A DNA stretch of 64,000 nt from Octopus vulgaris (GCA_951406725.2 OX597814.1:129084001-129148000), one strand, 5' to 3'; shown: positions 23,656 to 37,917, counted from the stretch's first letter. Numbers and translations: made by a program. Notes: generated by a model not told the origin, from the letters alone.

Positions 23656-23956
23656 TTTGTTCTTTCTCGAGCCATGCCTGGCTCATAAGGGCCGGTTTCC
23701 CGGTTTCCTTGGCGTATAGGTTCCCCACCTAGATGGGAAGCTGGTCCGTCACAGGTGAGCTGCAAGATGCAGGAGGAAAGAGTGAGAGAAAGTTGTGGCG
23801 AAAGAGTCAGCAGAGATTTACCATTACCTTCTGCAGGAGCCGCGTGGAGCTTAGAGGTTTCGCTCATAAACACACACATCGCCCGGTCTGAGATTCGAAC
23901 CTGTGATCCCTTGACCGCGAGTCTGCTGCTCTAACCACTAGACCATGTGCCTCCAC
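23656..23956 (-). mobile_element. SINE family E (tRNA-Arg-like head) with V-domain-like tail
   Basis: Head GGAGGCACATGGTCTAGTGGTTAGAGCAGCAGACTCGCGGTC...GGTTCGAATCTC; 12-bp TSD TAGCATAGATTG (23644, 23957). Confidence 0.88.
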
Positions 23957-24429
23957 TAGCATAGATTGCATGACACCTTGGGTATATGCCTTCTACAATA
24001 GCCTTGTGAGTAGATGTAGTTGTCAGAAACAAAACTTTTGTGTGTATGTATTTATGTATGTGTGTGTATACACACACACACATTTGTCTCCTTGTCCTGG
24101 GTCACTGCAATAGTGGTAGAATGAGCATCACTGTTATGCAAGCAATGTCCTCTGTTTCCAATCTTCCATAAAAACATGTCATGACATGGGTAAATATCTT
24201 ACTTGGAAATAAGTGAGGGCTGGCAACAGGCAGGGCATCCCACTGTACAAAATGTGCCTCAAATTCCATCTGATTCAAGAAAATATTAAAAAGTAGACAT
24301 TAAAATGATGACATATGTATGTGTGTGAGTATATATGTATATGAGTTTATGTTTGTATGTATGTATGTATACATGTGTATCTATATGTAAGTATAAATAA
24401 GTTCATATATGTATGTGTGTGTATGTAAT

Positions 24430-24496
<67 letters not shown>

Positions 24497-24498
24497 TA

Positions 24499-24739
24499 GT
24501 GGAGGCGTGTAGCTTAGTGGTTAGGGTGTCAGCATCATGATCGTAAGATTGTGGTCTCGATTCCTGGACTGGGTGACGTGTTGTGTTCTTGAGCAATACA
24601 CTTCATTTCATGTTGCTCCAGTCCCCTCAGCTGGCAAAAATGAGTAACGCTGCGATGGACTGGCATCCCATCCAGCTGAGGAACACGTCATTGAAACCGG
24701 GCCCATGAGCCTGGCTAGGCTTTAAAAGGACGCATTTAT

Positions 24740-24740
<1 letters not shown>
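24499..24740 (+). mobile_element. SINE family D (tRNA head, CORE-like segment, V-domain-like tail)
   Basis: TTCTTGAGCAA..CACTTCA and GCTGCGATGGACTGGCATCCCATCCAG; colinear with 35646. Confidence 0.85.
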
Positions 24741-24771
<31 letters not shown>

Positions 24772-25859
24772 TTGCTATATCATATATCATACAGTCAGAT
24801 TTTTCTGTGTTGAGAAAAATCCATCTTTAATAATAGCAATATTGTTTCAAACTTCCTCCACTACCAATTTTAACATCTGTACTTTCTCTAAACCCACCGT
24901 GACTCCATCAGAAGTAACTGGGTCATCTAACACTATTGATTTGGTTGCATAACACATCATTGATTTTATTTGGAAGCTGAATAACAACAGAATAGTTTGT
25001 CAGTGGAAAACATTGTTTTGTAATGAAGGTAATTGTTCCAGAGCCATAATTAATAACTTGTGGCTGTTTTTTACATCAAGGTAATTGACTTACAAACTTT
25101 TCCAGACTATTAACCTCATCTTTTAAGCTTCCATTTTACAATCACTTTGATCTCCAATGGAGTTTCCATTTTTGTTTATATACATTGTCTCAGATTGGAT
25201 TTGAACTCAGAACTTTTATTTCTAAATGAGTGGGTAATTTCTTAACAAGCTAATTTAGTTAATTTTGATATTTTATCATCATCCCAAACTTCAGTGTCAG
25301 GCTTTGGTATGGTTCCTACAGCTGGATGCCCTTCATAATGCCAACTATTTTTAAGTGTGTACAAGCTGCTTTTTCATATCACTGGTTCTGGTGACATTGC
25401 CAAGCAACTTGCAAGATAGGAAAGAACAATTGAAGGATCTGGGTTCAAGTCTAACCTGAAATAATTTGAATAATCAAGAAGTGGGCATTTGAGATTGAAC
25501 TAATTAAAATTTTGTGTAAATGGTAATTATAATAATAAGGTTAATGGTTTGGAACCTTTGCTTATTGGGAAAACTCCTCTTAGAATTATCAGATGCAGAC
25601 ATTGGTTAAGAAGCTAGCTTTGCAACTGCATGCAAAGTGGTTAAGAAGCTAGCTTTGCAACTGCATGGCTTTGGGTTCAATCTCACCAAACCTGAAACCA
25701 TGTGGTTACAAAGCAAGCGTCTTCTAATGTTATAGTTTTGGGCTCATCAATCTTTGGTAGAGAGAAACTGTATGGACATCTGACTTAAAATAAAAGACTC
25801 AGCTGAGCCTACTCTCACTTGACCCATGCAAGCATAGAAAAGAAGACATTAAAACAATT

Positions 25860-26383
25860 TCATCATCATTTAACGTCCGTTTTCCATGCTAGCATAGGTT
25901 GGATGGTTCGACCGGGGTCTGGAAAACCAGGAGGCTGGACCAGGCTCCATTCTGATCTGGCAGTGTTTCTACAGCTGGATGCCCTTCCTAGTGCCAACCA
26001 CTCCGTGAGTGTAGTGGGTGCTTTTTGCGTGCCACCAGCACAGGGGCCATATAGTAGTGGAAGCTATCAACTACTTGTAGTTTCTTCCTCTGGAGTGTGA
26101 TGGAATCTATTTCTGAGCTTCTGTGGTGTTTATTGCCCCTGTGCATCTGTCGCACATGAAAGCTGTCTTCCTTTGATGTTGCTGCACCTCTTATGTTTCC
26201 ATAGGTTACACTGGGTACGTCTTATGGAATTTCTACGTACACCTTTTCTACAGATCGAGCAGGGCCACCTACTTGAGAGTGTGTGTGATGTGTTCGCCTT
26301 CCTACTTACTAGAACTTTGGTCTTTGCTACATTGACTCTAAGGCCTTTTGATTCTAAACCTTGCTTCCACACCCGAAATTTCT
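25860..26383 (-). mobile_element. Internally deleted RTE-type LINE: RT fragment joined to a family C 3' end
   Basis: VWKQGLESKGLRVNVAKTKVLVS...WPCSICRKGV...CNLWKHKRCS...LQVVDSFHY at 26050-26383, immediately followed by the family C tail. Confidence 0.85.
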
Positions 26384-26594
26384 TATGTTAGAATAAACTT
26401 TCTCAAAGTGGCATGCAGTGTGACTGAACCAGAAACTTTGCAATGTTCTTAACAACCATACATCCATACATGTGACTCTCTTTTTATTAAAAATCTAACT
26501 CCTGAAAAATTAACTTTTGTGGTAAAAGGTTGTCCCACTTTACTCTGCAAAGAGTATAAAGTCAGTTACCTACTTTCTCTGGTGTATATATTCC

Positions 26595-26770
26595 TTACTG
26601 GCTGGGATGCCAGTCCATTGCAAGATTACTGAATTTTACCAGGTGAGTGGACAGAGCAGCGTGAAATGAAGTGTTTTGCTCAAGAACACAATGCATCTCT
26701 TGGTCCAGGAATTGAAACCACAATCTTGTGATCATGAGTCCAACACCCTAACCACTAAGCCATGCACTTC
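26595..26770 (-). mobile_element. SINE family D, degenerate
   Basis: Reverse complement of the D head and ATGGACTGGCATCCCA. Confidence 0.7.
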
Positions 26771-28052
26771 TACAAAACACATTAATTTTATGTTCTTATA
26801 TAATTTACAAATGCATCATTTGTGGTTAGTTTAATTGATAGTGAGTGCAAGAAAGATAAATTCATGTACACTCAAAAATATATTCAACTTATATATCTTG
26901 ATTTAAGAGTAAGTCTGTGTCCCAGCATATTGTAATAAGTGATTTGACTACAGGGGTCAGCAGTAGAGTTAGGTGATGATCATTAATTCTTGTGCCAATG
27001 TGGAATTTCAATAAATTATGATAAAGAATTCTCATTAATTGTTCATACAAGTTTGATTATCAGACAATAACTACTAAAAGTACGAATACAATGTGGGTTA
27101 TGAATAAATAAACAAGTAAACTCACATCTGTATGTATTTAGTCTCCAATGATATTAATCCCATGAGGGCCTTTTCAGCAGCTTAGGATATGGATCAAATT
27201 GACCAATTCTATTGTTGCTCAACGGTTGATGAGAATTTACTCACCTCTTCCTCCCAAAGGTTACCAATTGGATGATAGAATGCGAGCTTGTGTATTTATT
27301 TATTCATAATATATGGCTACATAAGTAAATGCTTCAAATTTAATCATAAGGCCAGTGGGAATGGTTGGTTGATATTATCAATCGCAGTACTTGACTGATG
27401 CTTTATTTCATCAACCTCCAGTATTTGTCTGGTATCATATTTTTATCAATACTAATACTATATTTTATCAATCCCAGTACTTCACTTGTACTTCATTTTA
27501 TTTACCTCAGCACCTCATTGGTACTTTGTTTTATCAATCCCAAAAAGATGAAAGAAAGGCAAAGTTAACCCTTACTTGATTTGAATCCAGGACATAAAGA
27601 CCGGGAATAAATAATAAAAAACATTTTTTTCCAACGTTCTAATGGTTCTGGCAATTCACCATCCTTGCTACATTCATAATTAAAATTTTGTTTGACTGCC
27701 TCCCTTCTAAGCTAAGCATAGACAAGACCGACACTAGCCACAACCCATGCGAGGTTATAAATACCAGTAGTAATCAATGCAATTACAGATGTTGCTATCA
27801 CAGGCATGCAGTGAGTTTATCATTCAAGACTTAGGGGATCAGTGCTAGTGAGTCAATTTAGTGCTTTTCTCATACTACGGTTGATAAACAGTGTGTGTGA
27901 TGATAGATATTTACTCCAGTGGAGACTCAGGCCATTTGTTGACAGATGGTTTTTGTATTTAGATTTTCTTTTTCATGCTTTTTGCAGAATTAAGCATTGG
28001 AATTTGTAGAGTAAAGGTGTAACTATCTCCTGCTTCTATCAGTAATCTCTGT

Positions 28053-28089
<37 letters not shown>

Positions 28090-28102
28090 ATATGTGTATG
28101 TA

Positions 28103-28162
<60 letters not shown>

Positions 28163-28388
28163 TCAAGTTAATGGGTACATACTTATAAGGTTAAAAATGT
28201 ACAACTATGTTAGTTCTCAAATTCTCCCCACCCCTTATATTATTTAGAATTAATTCTTCATTTCTTATTTCAAGTTAAAATATCTTAAAACTACATCACT
28301 AGTTTCAAGTTACTTTGTTAATAAAATAATAAAAATTTACCTTAAATAGGATGTTATGATTTATTGTATTGTTATTATTTTTATTATT

Positions 28389-28590
28389 AAGGTAGCAAGC
28401 TGGCAGAATCGTTAGCGTGGTATTTTGACCGTCGCTACATTCTGAGTTCAAATTCTGCTGAGGTTGACTTCACCTTTCATCCTTTCGGGATTGATAAATC
28501 AAGTACCAGTTGAATACCTGGGTTGATGTGATTGACTGTCCCCCTCCCCACAAAATCCAGGCCTTGTGCCTATAGTAAAAAGTATTAATA
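28389..28590 (+). mobile_element. SINE family B variant
   Basis: B head and central domain with GGCCTTGTGCCTATAGTA tail, in an (ATT)n context. Confidence 0.75.
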
Positions 28591-28622
28591 TCATTATTGT
28601 TATCTTCTAGATGTATGCATAT

Positions 28623-29017
28623 CAGGGACTTGCTGCCTAGGTAGGCAGTGCCTACCTTGAATAAAATAGATGAATTGCAATGTTTTCCTTTTATGGCAAA
28701 ATATGTACCCAAATCAAAACTATGAACGTAACTCTGATTACTATGCATAAAATACAAAATATTTTATTTTTTTGTAGATTAGGTAGGCATAATTTGCCCC
28801 TGCTTTTCAATCTCAGTTTTTAAACTACGTATAATACTGCTGTGGTACACAAGCTGCGTACACTCCTACAACACCGTTTTCTTTATATGCTATAAAGGCA
28901 GAAGTAAAACTCCCTTCAACTCAGTCATGCGCCTGTATTTCACTTATTTTTTTTGTGTTTTACTACATAAAGGTCACCAACTGTCTACCCTGAGTAATTA
29001 CTGACAGCACGTGTCTG
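28623..29017 (+). mobile_element. hAT MITE
   Basis: CAGGGA...TCTG ends, GGTAGGCA subterminal repeats, perfect 8-bp TSD ATGCATAT; a second copy lies at 54573. Confidence 0.85.
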
Positions 29018-29593
29018 ATGCATATATATTTTTATTGTCTAAATGAATGAATTAACAGATAAAACATTACACTCACTCTAAATCATATGTCTTATAATCT
29101 GTCATCATTATTAAGATGAGAAGTCAATCAGTGTATTGTTACTCTACCAGTGTACTAATCTGTTAATCTTCTAGCAATATTTATAACTACATCCAGTCAT
29201 GTGTGAAAGCTAATGGATTGTTTGGTGACAGTCTTCAAGGATGAGTTTATAAATTTTACCCTTCATTTTTTGGTGTTTGGTCTGCTTATTTTGTTGTTAC
29301 ACATGTGGTTTGTTGATATATATAGTCTTTTACCAGTTCTAATCATTTGGATGTGGCCATACAGGAGCACCACCATGTTTATAAAGTTTTCCAGTTCATC
29401 TCACAATTCCAAGTTTTGAAAGTCAATGCAGTAGTGTAAATAGTGAGTTACCAAGTGTATATAGCAATTATTCTGTCACATCTGTAAATTTCAATAAGTT
29501 AAAATGCTGTAGGGTGATGATGAGACTAAGGACCTTCAGAGAAAAGAAATTATCTTAAAGTTTATGCTGACATTGAGATTAGATGTTTGAAGA

Positions 29594-29975
29594 AGGCGCA
29601 GGAGTGGCTGTGTGGTAAGTAGCTTGCTTACCAACCACATGGTTCTGGGTTCAGTCCCACTGCATGGCACCTTGGGCAAAGTGTCTTCTACTATAGCCTC
29701 GGGTCGATCAAAGCCTTGTGAGTGGATTTGGTAGATGGAAACTGAAAAAAACCTGTCGTATATATTTGTGTCTGTGTTTGTCCCCCCACCATCGCTTAAC
29801 AACTGATGCTGGTGTGTTTACATCGCCGTAACTTAGACGTTTGGCAAAAGAGACCGATAGAATAAGTACTAGGCTTACAAAGAATAAGTCCTGGGGTCGA
29901 TTTGCTCGACAAAAAAAGCGGTGCTCCAGCATGGCTGCAGTCAAATGACTGAAACAAGTAAAAGAGTAAAGAGTA
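29594..29975 (+). mobile_element. SINE family A, full length
   Basis: AGGCGCAGGAGTGGCTGTGTGGT (A box), GGGTTCAGTCCC (B box), ACCTTGGGCAA CORE-like segment, tail. Confidence 0.92.
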
Positions 29976-30569
29976 AGAAAGAGATAGGATGGGAAAAGTA
30001 AGAGGAAGCAAACAATCTTATCCAAATTTGTTAAATTTACTAAATGATTTTTCCAATGTGAGCTGCCATTAGTTTCCTCAGACCTTGGTCATCTGAGAAT
30101 CCAATGAAAGGATCACCTGTCACTGGAAAGCAAATTATTCTTAATTCACCAAAGCTAGAAACCTATGCTATCTAGCAGTCTGCTTAGCTGAAATTTAATT
30201 ATCATGGGAAAGGTATTCAGAAGTCAGACGTCAAAGTATCTGGAAGATGATGAGACAGAAGGCAGATATTTTGAGATCAAAAACTAGAAAGGCTCTCCCA
30301 CCGGGGAAGATAAAAACATTTTTGTAAAGATGAAAACATTTCCAAATTAGTTTTCCAATGACTGAAACAGATTAAGGGACAGATAGGGAGCCCTCTTTAT
30401 TTTTACTTACCATTTACCAGTTTCTATTTATTTTCTATTTCTAGTATTTTTTTGTTTGCTTACCATTTCTAGTATGTTTTTCTTTCCTTTTTCTAATATT
30501 TTGTTTAAATAATCTTTAACTTAATCAATTAATAATCATTTCAAATTTCCAATTGTATTTAAGCTGTTA

Positions 30570-30952
30570 TCTTTTACACATTTCAGTCATTGGACCGTAG
30601 CTCTGTTGGAACAATACTTTAAAGAGTTTAGTCTAACAAATCAAGTGTAGTACTTATCTTAAATCTGATGGTTAATCTATCTCTTTTGCCAAACCGCTAT
30701 GTCATGGGGGATGTAAACAAACCAGCAGCAGTTGTCAAGTGGGGTGATGTACAAACACACACATTCATGCTCGCTTGTACACACACATGCACACAGGCTT
30801 CCACACAGTTTCAGTCTACCAAATACATTCACAAGACAGTGGTTGACCCAGGGCTATAGTAGAGGACACTTGCACAAGATGCTGTGCAGTGGGACTGAAT
30901 CCAAAATATGTGGTTGCAAAGCAAGTTTCATACCCACACAGCCATGTCTGCA
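30570..30952 (-). mobile_element. SINE family A, degenerate
   Basis: Reverse complement is colinear with family A. Confidence 0.75.
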
Positions 30953-31063
30953 GCTGATGCAGATTTTCTTAATTTAAAATCAACTTTTTTAATTGCTGTA
31001 ATTACACTAGGAAATTCGTAAAGCAACTGGTAAAATACCTCATGATATTACATCCCTTTCAAT

Positions 31064-31297
31064 AAGGTGGCGAGCTGGCAGAATTGGTAGCATGCTGGAC
31101 AAAATGCTTAGCGGTATTCCATCTGCTGTTACATTCTAAGTTCAAATTCCACCAAGGTCGACTTTGCCTTTCATCCTTTCGGGGCCAATTAAATAAGTAC
31201 CAGTTACACACTAGGGTCAATGTAATCAACTTAATCCCTTTGTCTGTCCTTGTTTGTCCCCTCTACGTTTAGCTTCCTGTGGGCAATAAAGAAATGG
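31064..31297 (+). mobile_element. SINE family B
   Basis: Full body; TSD-like GATATTACATCC on both sides. Confidence 0.85.
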
Positions 31298-31981
31298 ATA
31301 TTACATCCACTTCAATGTTCCCTCTACGTTTTCCCTACCACTGAGCAGAACTTATGATGTTTGATTAAAAATTCAAAGCTACTACACATCATTCAAACAT
31401 TGACGCAGCTTATCGAACATACATATTTGCAAACTAAACTGATACCATTTTAAGGTGCCTGACACCAATGCAGTGATTGCATGGCTCCACATCCATGCAG
31501 CTTGGAGGGAATGTTAGTCTCTTTACATCTTCAGTTCAATTACAGTCAAAAGTCAACTTCGACTCTCATGCATCTAAGGTCAATGAAGTAAAGTAAGAGG
31601 TTAAATAGATGGTATATTGTAATCGACTATACTTCACTGAAATGTGTAACCTTGTGCTCTGTGAAGAATCAATAACTTATTCAATTCTCATAACATGTCA
31701 CATCTGAACGGATATTGTTTACTATTCTCTAAAATGTAAGTTGACAAGTGTTAAATACAATATATCTTAAAATCTACAAGCATATTGAATCACTATTTAT
31801 CATGTCAATGCCAGCAGGAAAACATGGACTGGAAGGGAACCAAGTAGGAGAAGGTTTGCCCAGAGTAAACTTTTCTGAAGGGACACAAAGATCAATTGTA
31901 CCAGAGTGATTTTGAAATGTAGCTTGTATTCACTTTTCAGTTGTGGAAAGTATTTGGCATGTCATGTTTCTACTAATGGAA

Positions 31982-32378
31982 CTAGCAGTATCACCTGACG
32001 TTTCTCAGGTTTGTTTGTGTTTTTTCGACCCTTTAGAATTGTAATTTTTGAAAAGTAAAAATTTTGCATTATGTAGCTTGTTATTCTCTTTATGTGAACA
32101 TTTTTCTGGTTGAAATACATCGAAAAATGGCGACACAGCAGTCAAAAAATCGTAAAAAATAGGGATTTTCATAGAAAAAAGCACCTTTTTAATGTAAATA
32201 ATTTTTAGTGTTAACATGGTCCAATTTGAATTTTTTCTTCTATGGAATGAAAAGAAGCCTTCTTCTATCATACTCTCAATTTTGGTCAACTTGCGCCGCA
32301 GGGTCTCGGAGGAGATAGTGTTAGTTGAAGGCTGCCAAACCTACCAAATACAGACAACTTCAGCTTTATATATAAAGA
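31982..32378 (-). mobile_element. Non-autonomous Helitron (about 400 bp family)
   Basis: A|TC 5' end and CTAG|T 3' end; homologous to 39519 and 43485. Confidence 0.9.
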
Positions 32379-34346
32379 TTAGATTTTCAGGATTTTACCA
32401 TCATTTCTTCTGTTTTTTAATCATCTGAACCTTTATTTCACACGAATAAGTTTTAGATGTCTATTTAGTTCCTAGCAGACATAGACACTCAAATTTCCTA
32501 TCCTTTGACCTGGTGGAACATACATGACATGACAGATAAGAGAGTGAGAGAGCTGTACCAGCATTTGGACAGTACTCAATTTTCAGCTGAGTAGACTGGA
32601 GCAATGTAAAATAAGGTGCCTTGCTCAAGGACATAATGTACCACCTGATCCAGGAATTGAACCCATACAGTTATTATTGTGAGTCCAGAACCTTAACCAC
32701 TAAGTCATGCTGATTATAAAATTCAGCTTATAACCAAAGGCATACAAAATTCGATTTTAACTTATTCTCTTATTTGTTTGTCATTTGAATGTGGCCATAC
32801 TGGAGCACTGCCTATTAGTTGAACAAATCAACCCCAGTACTTATTCTTTGTAAGACTAGTACTTATTCTATTGTTTTTTTTTTTTTTTGCCAAACTTCTA
32901 AGTTACAGGGACGTAAACACACCAACATCAGTTGTCAAGTGATGCTGGGGATGGGGGTGGACACAGACATATACATACAGCAAAAATGACTAATGGAATA
33001 AGTACCAGACTTCAAAAATTAAATAAATAAATAAATAAGTACTAGAGCACTAGGATCAAATTGTTTGACTAAACCCTTAAAACCTTCATGGCTGTAGTTC
33101 AATAAGTGAAACAAGTTAAAAATAAAAGACAAGTCATTATAATTTTATAGCTTTTTTTGTTGTTGCTTTTTTGTTTGTTTGTTTGTTTGTTTTTGGGTAA
33201 GGAGCGTTGAAAGGTAATTTCAGATTGTGTTTAGTCAGCCTTTTCTCGGATGCTGCTTATCAAAATCCAACAACATATGTAAATGTAGCCCCAAGCTACC
33301 TTACTTCTAAAAGCATATTCTCTACACATTTGTATGTGTACTATACTCACACACATGCACTAGTACATAAATACAAATATACATTACATACTCTCACAAC
33401 ACATTCTCTCTCACTTACACACACACACACTATATATATATATATATATAATTATTTAAACTGACTCTACATTAACAACAACAACAACATAATTATAACA
33501 CAAATAGAGACCGTTTTATTGCTAACCTCTGCAAGAGATAGTTTTCAACACCTGCAATGGATCTTGTATATAGGTTAAACATCAAACCGCCCAAATTACT
33601 GACTTACAAAGACTTCCAGATCATTTTACTGATGTGGAGATATCAAACTATAAGCTCCATTTCATTTGCTGCCGATTTCATGATCTTTGAATTAATGGAA
33701 ACCAAATTGAACTGTTTATGCCACTGATAGGCTTACGTATCCTCAGCAATTTCTCCCAGAAAATCTGTGTGTCTGTATGTATACCTGTTTGTTTGTTGAT
33801 GTGCATTTCATTTTGTAGACTTATCTGTGGATGTTTTTTATGCATTTTATGTATGCTTAGATTTATGCAAATATATGTGTGTGCATGTTTGTTTGTTGGT
33901 ATCTGTATTCATTTTGTATATACGTTTGTGTGGATGTCTAAATGCATTTTATGTATACATAGATTTATGTAACTGTGTTTGTGCATTTTGTTGATGGGTA
34001 TGACATTTTGTACACTTCTTTGTGTTTAATATAATGTATTTATGTTGTATTTGTGAGTGTATATGTTTCTCTGCTGGCGTGTAATTTTATATACATATTT
34101 GTTAGCGTACATATTTATCTGTATATAAACTTGTATGCATGTTTGTACATATGTCTATTTGTGAGTACAGGTACAAATATTTTTACTTGTACAATGTATA
34201 GCTTTATAGAAATGCATGATTGTGTATAGGCCTTTGGGTGTGTAAGCATTGCGTTCATATATATGTGTGCATCTTTGTTTTTATTAATGAATGTGTGTGT
34301 TTGAGAGAGTAAATTTGGATGTATAAATACAAAAGTACAAGTACAT

Positions 34347-34707
34347 TGAGTCAAGTACATCAACATTAAAATAAAAATCAAATGGAAATTGTAGTTGTGT
34401 TACCTGTGCCGGTGGCATGTAAAAGGCACCATCCGAATGTGGCCGATGCCAGTGCCACCTTGACTGGCTTCCATGCCGGTGGCACATAAAAAGCATCAAC
34501 TGATCGTAGCCGTTTGCCAGCCTCCCCTGGCACGTAAAAAGCACCCACTACACTCATGGAGTGGTTGGCGTTAGGAAGGGCATCCAGGTGTAGAAACACT
34601 GCCAGATCAGACTGGAGCCTGGTGCAGCCTCCTGACTTCCCAGACCCTGGTTGAACCGTCCAACCCATGCTAGCATGGAAAACAGACGTTAAATGATGAT
34701 GATGATG
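34347..34707 (+). mobile_element. RTE-type LINE 3' end (family C)
   Basis: Triplicated unit, 3' module, (GAT)n. Confidence 0.85.
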
Positions 34708-35019
34708 AAATGCATTCAATCATTTTCTGTAAATGAAAGAAAGAGCAATGCCCTTAATGTTGCACAATATCTATAGATATTTTGGTAGCTTGTGCTTTTA
34801 AGTTCAAATAACATCCACATCAACTTTCTTCTTTATCATTTCATTGTCCATTCAGTAAATAAATACCAGTTTCAGTGACGATGGGTCATGGTTAAATACT
34901 CGCTCTTTCAAGGAATGAAACAATGTTAAGAGGAAAGGACTTGGTAGTGATTGTAGAATGCTAGAATGAATGTTTTGCGACATTCATGGTTCTAATTTCA
35001 AATTATTCTATCTTTTATT

Positions 35020-35430
35020 TTCTACATGTTTCAGTCATTATAGACTGCAGCCAAGCTGTGGCACTGCCTTGAAGGATTTTAGTTGCACAAATTGATCCCA
35101 GTACCTTTTTCCTTTAAAGCCTGGTAGTTATACTATCAGCCTGTTTTTGCTGAATCTCTAGGGTACAGGGGCGTAAACACACCAACATCAGTTGTCAAAG
35201 TGGTGATGGATGACAAACACAGACACAAAACACACACACACATATTTGTATACATATATGCATATGCACACAATGGGCTTCTTTCAGTTTCCATCTACTA
35301 AATCCACTCACAAGGCTTTGGTTAGCCCAAAGCTATAGTAGAAGACACTTGCCCAAGGTGCCACAAAGTAGGAGTGAACCTGGAACCACGTGGTTGGGAA
35401 GCAAACTTTACAACACAGCCATGCCTGCTT
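35020..35430 (-). mobile_element. SINE family A
   Basis: Reverse-complement head-linker-tail. Confidence 0.8.
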
Positions 35431-35645
35431 CCCATATACCTTTCATCTCCTGGGATCAATAAAATAAGATACCAATCTAATGTTGGGGTTTGGTATAATT
35501 GACTATATCCCAGCCCCATCACCACCACAATCAAATTTGAGGCTTTGTGGCTATATTAGAAATCCTTATTATTACTGTATCCTGGTGAGTGAATGGCAGA
35601 AACAGTAGACCAGTGGATTAAATATCTTGTGGCTATTAATTACAT

Positions 35646-35900
35646 TGTGGAGGTGCGTGGCTTAGTGGTTAGGGTGTCAGCATCATGATCGTAAGATTGT
35701 GGTTTCGATTCCTGGACCGGGCGACACATTGTGTTCTTGAGCAAAACACTTCATTTCACGTTGCTCCAGTCCACTCAGCTGGCAAAAGTGAGTAACGCTG
35801 CGATGGACTGGCGTCCCGTCCAGCTGGGCAACACATACGCTATAGAAACTGGGAAACCGTGCCCATGAGCCTGGTTAGGCTTTAAAAGGGCGCATTTATT
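35646..35900 (+). mobile_element. SINE family D, full length
   Basis: GGAGGTGCGTGGCTTAGTGGTTAGG...GTTTCGATTCC head, CORE-like segment, GCGATGGACTGGCGTCCCGTCCAG. Confidence 0.88.
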
Positions 35901-35934
35901 ATTAATTTTATTAATTAGATACTGATGCCTTTTA

Positions 35935-36306
35935 TCTGTTACTTGTTTCAGTCATTAGACTGTGGCCATGCTGGGGTACGGCCTTGAAGAATCTTCATCA
36001 AATAAACTGACCCCAGTACTTTTGTTTTTTGTCTTTGAATGCCCGGTATTATTGGTCATTTTTGCTGAATTACCAAGTAACAGGGACATAAATACACCAA
36101 CAGCAGTTGTCAAGTGGTGGTGGTAGACAAACACAGATACACACACACATGGTGGGATCTTTCAGTTTGTGTCTACCAAATCTATTCACAAAACTCTGGT
36201 TGGCCTGAGGCTATAGTAAAAGACACTTGCCCAAGATACCATGCAGTGGGACTGAACCTGGAACCATGTAGTTTTGAAGCAAACATCTTACCACACAGCC
36301 ATGCCT
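35935..36306 (-). mobile_element. SINE family A
   Basis: Reverse-complement head-linker-tail. Confidence 0.8.
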
Positions 36307-36390
36307 AATTTTCCAATTAAAACCTTGCAGGAGTCAAATTTACCTTTCGCTCATTAGAGTCTGTTGAATTAACTACCAGTAATATACAGA

Positions 36391-36727
36391 GTGAAGGCGC
36401 ATGGCTCAGTGGTTAGTGTCGAGCTTATGATCATGAGGTTGTGAGTATGATTCCTGGACTAGGCTGTGTGTTGTGTTCTTCAGCAAGACACTTTATTTCA
36501 CATTGCTCAATGTTAACTCAGCTGTAGAAATGAGTTGCATCATCACTGGTGCCAAGCTGTATTGGCCTTTGTCTTCCCCTTGGATAACATCAGTGGTGTG
36601 GAGAGGGGAGGCTAGTATGCATGGGTGACTGCTTGCCTTCCACAAACAACGTTGCCTGGACTTGTGCCTCAGAAGGGTAACTTCCTCGGTGCAATCCCAT
36701 GGTCAGACATGACCGAATGGGGTCTCC
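36391..36727 (+). mobile_element. SINE family F
   Basis: GGCGCATGGCTCAGTGGTTAG head; colinear with 7272. Confidence 0.8.
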
Positions 36728-37059
36728 CCAATATGCAGAGTTTGAGTTCATTGACTGATCCTTCAACTTAATACCAAGCACCTTGATAGAGAAGTCAAGT
36801 TAAATCCCATTTACAGGTTTCAATTCCCAGTTGGATCCATTCTGCTTACTGGTGCTTTGGCAAGAATCTTATTATCACGACTTCATGATAAGTGGGTAGT
36901 ATGAAGTCTTAGGTTCATATTTAAAATTTACTGATCTCAGAGTTTGAACTTGGAAAACAATTAACTGCAATTAATATGCTTTGTCATGTTTGAAAGTAAA
37001 ATGGTAATATGATCTTTCTTTCTTTTCCTCTCTCTCCCCTCTCTCTCTTTTCCTCTGTG

Positions 37060-37350
37060 TGTGATTGTGTGGTAAGAATTTGCTTCCCAACTACATGGTT
37101 CCAGGTTCAGTCCCCCTGCATGACACCTTTGGCAATTGTCTTCTACTATAGCTTCGGGCTGACCAAAGCCTTGTGAGTAGATTTGGTAGGTAGAAATATA
37201 TGTGTCCTACCACTACTTGACAACTAGTGTTGGTTTGTTTATGTCCCCATAACTTAGCTATTTGGAAAAAGAGAATAAGTACCAAGCTCAAAAAATGTAA
37301 GTCCTGGGGTCAATTCATGGCGATAGTCTGATGACTGAAAGAAGTAAAAC
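37060..37350 (+). mobile_element. SINE family A, partially deleted
   Basis: Head and tail motifs present. Confidence 0.75.
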
Positions 37351-37886
37351 CGTTGTACTACACTTCAACAGTCTTTGATATCTTGACATCTGAAGCAGCT
37401 GGTGATACGATATTTTGATCAAAAGAACCAGCTAATGCAAGCAAAAATAGATATTGAGAAAAAAAAATGCATTTTGCTAAATTTGGACATACAACAGTTT
37501 AACATAATAGCAACGATATATATACACACACAATCGTTAATAAAGTGACGGGAGTTACTAAAGTGATGGAGGGTGCTAGTACGCACTGGCATTGCATTTT
37601 AGTAATGACTGTACTTGTTGCCTATCAGTTCTAATTTGTGAATAGCCACCTTAATAATTCATATATATATATATATATATAACTTTGCATTAATTTTTCT
37701 GTACCAACATTGCTTTCTTTAACCATTTAGAGAGAGAAGGGGTTCTTATATTTCCTTGTAAGCTTTGTTGTGACTGGTGTAAGGAAGGAAAGAAGTCCTC
37801 CTCAAACTGGAGCTTTGCTTGAATATTTTTATGACAGAATGAACTCTGCTAAAGGGAATCAAGGACCAGGTGGTAGGGTTCTCTTT

Positions 37887-37917
<31 letters not shown>

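Noticed and set aside
25603-25667. Direct duplication TGGTTAAGAAGCTAGCTTTGCAACTGCATG
   Set aside because: Local duplication within a decayed SINE head.
37731-37870. Protein-like open frame (ERSPPQTGALLEYFYDRMNS)
   Set aside because: Phase incompatible with the 19812 donor, weak splice sites, no recognised homology.
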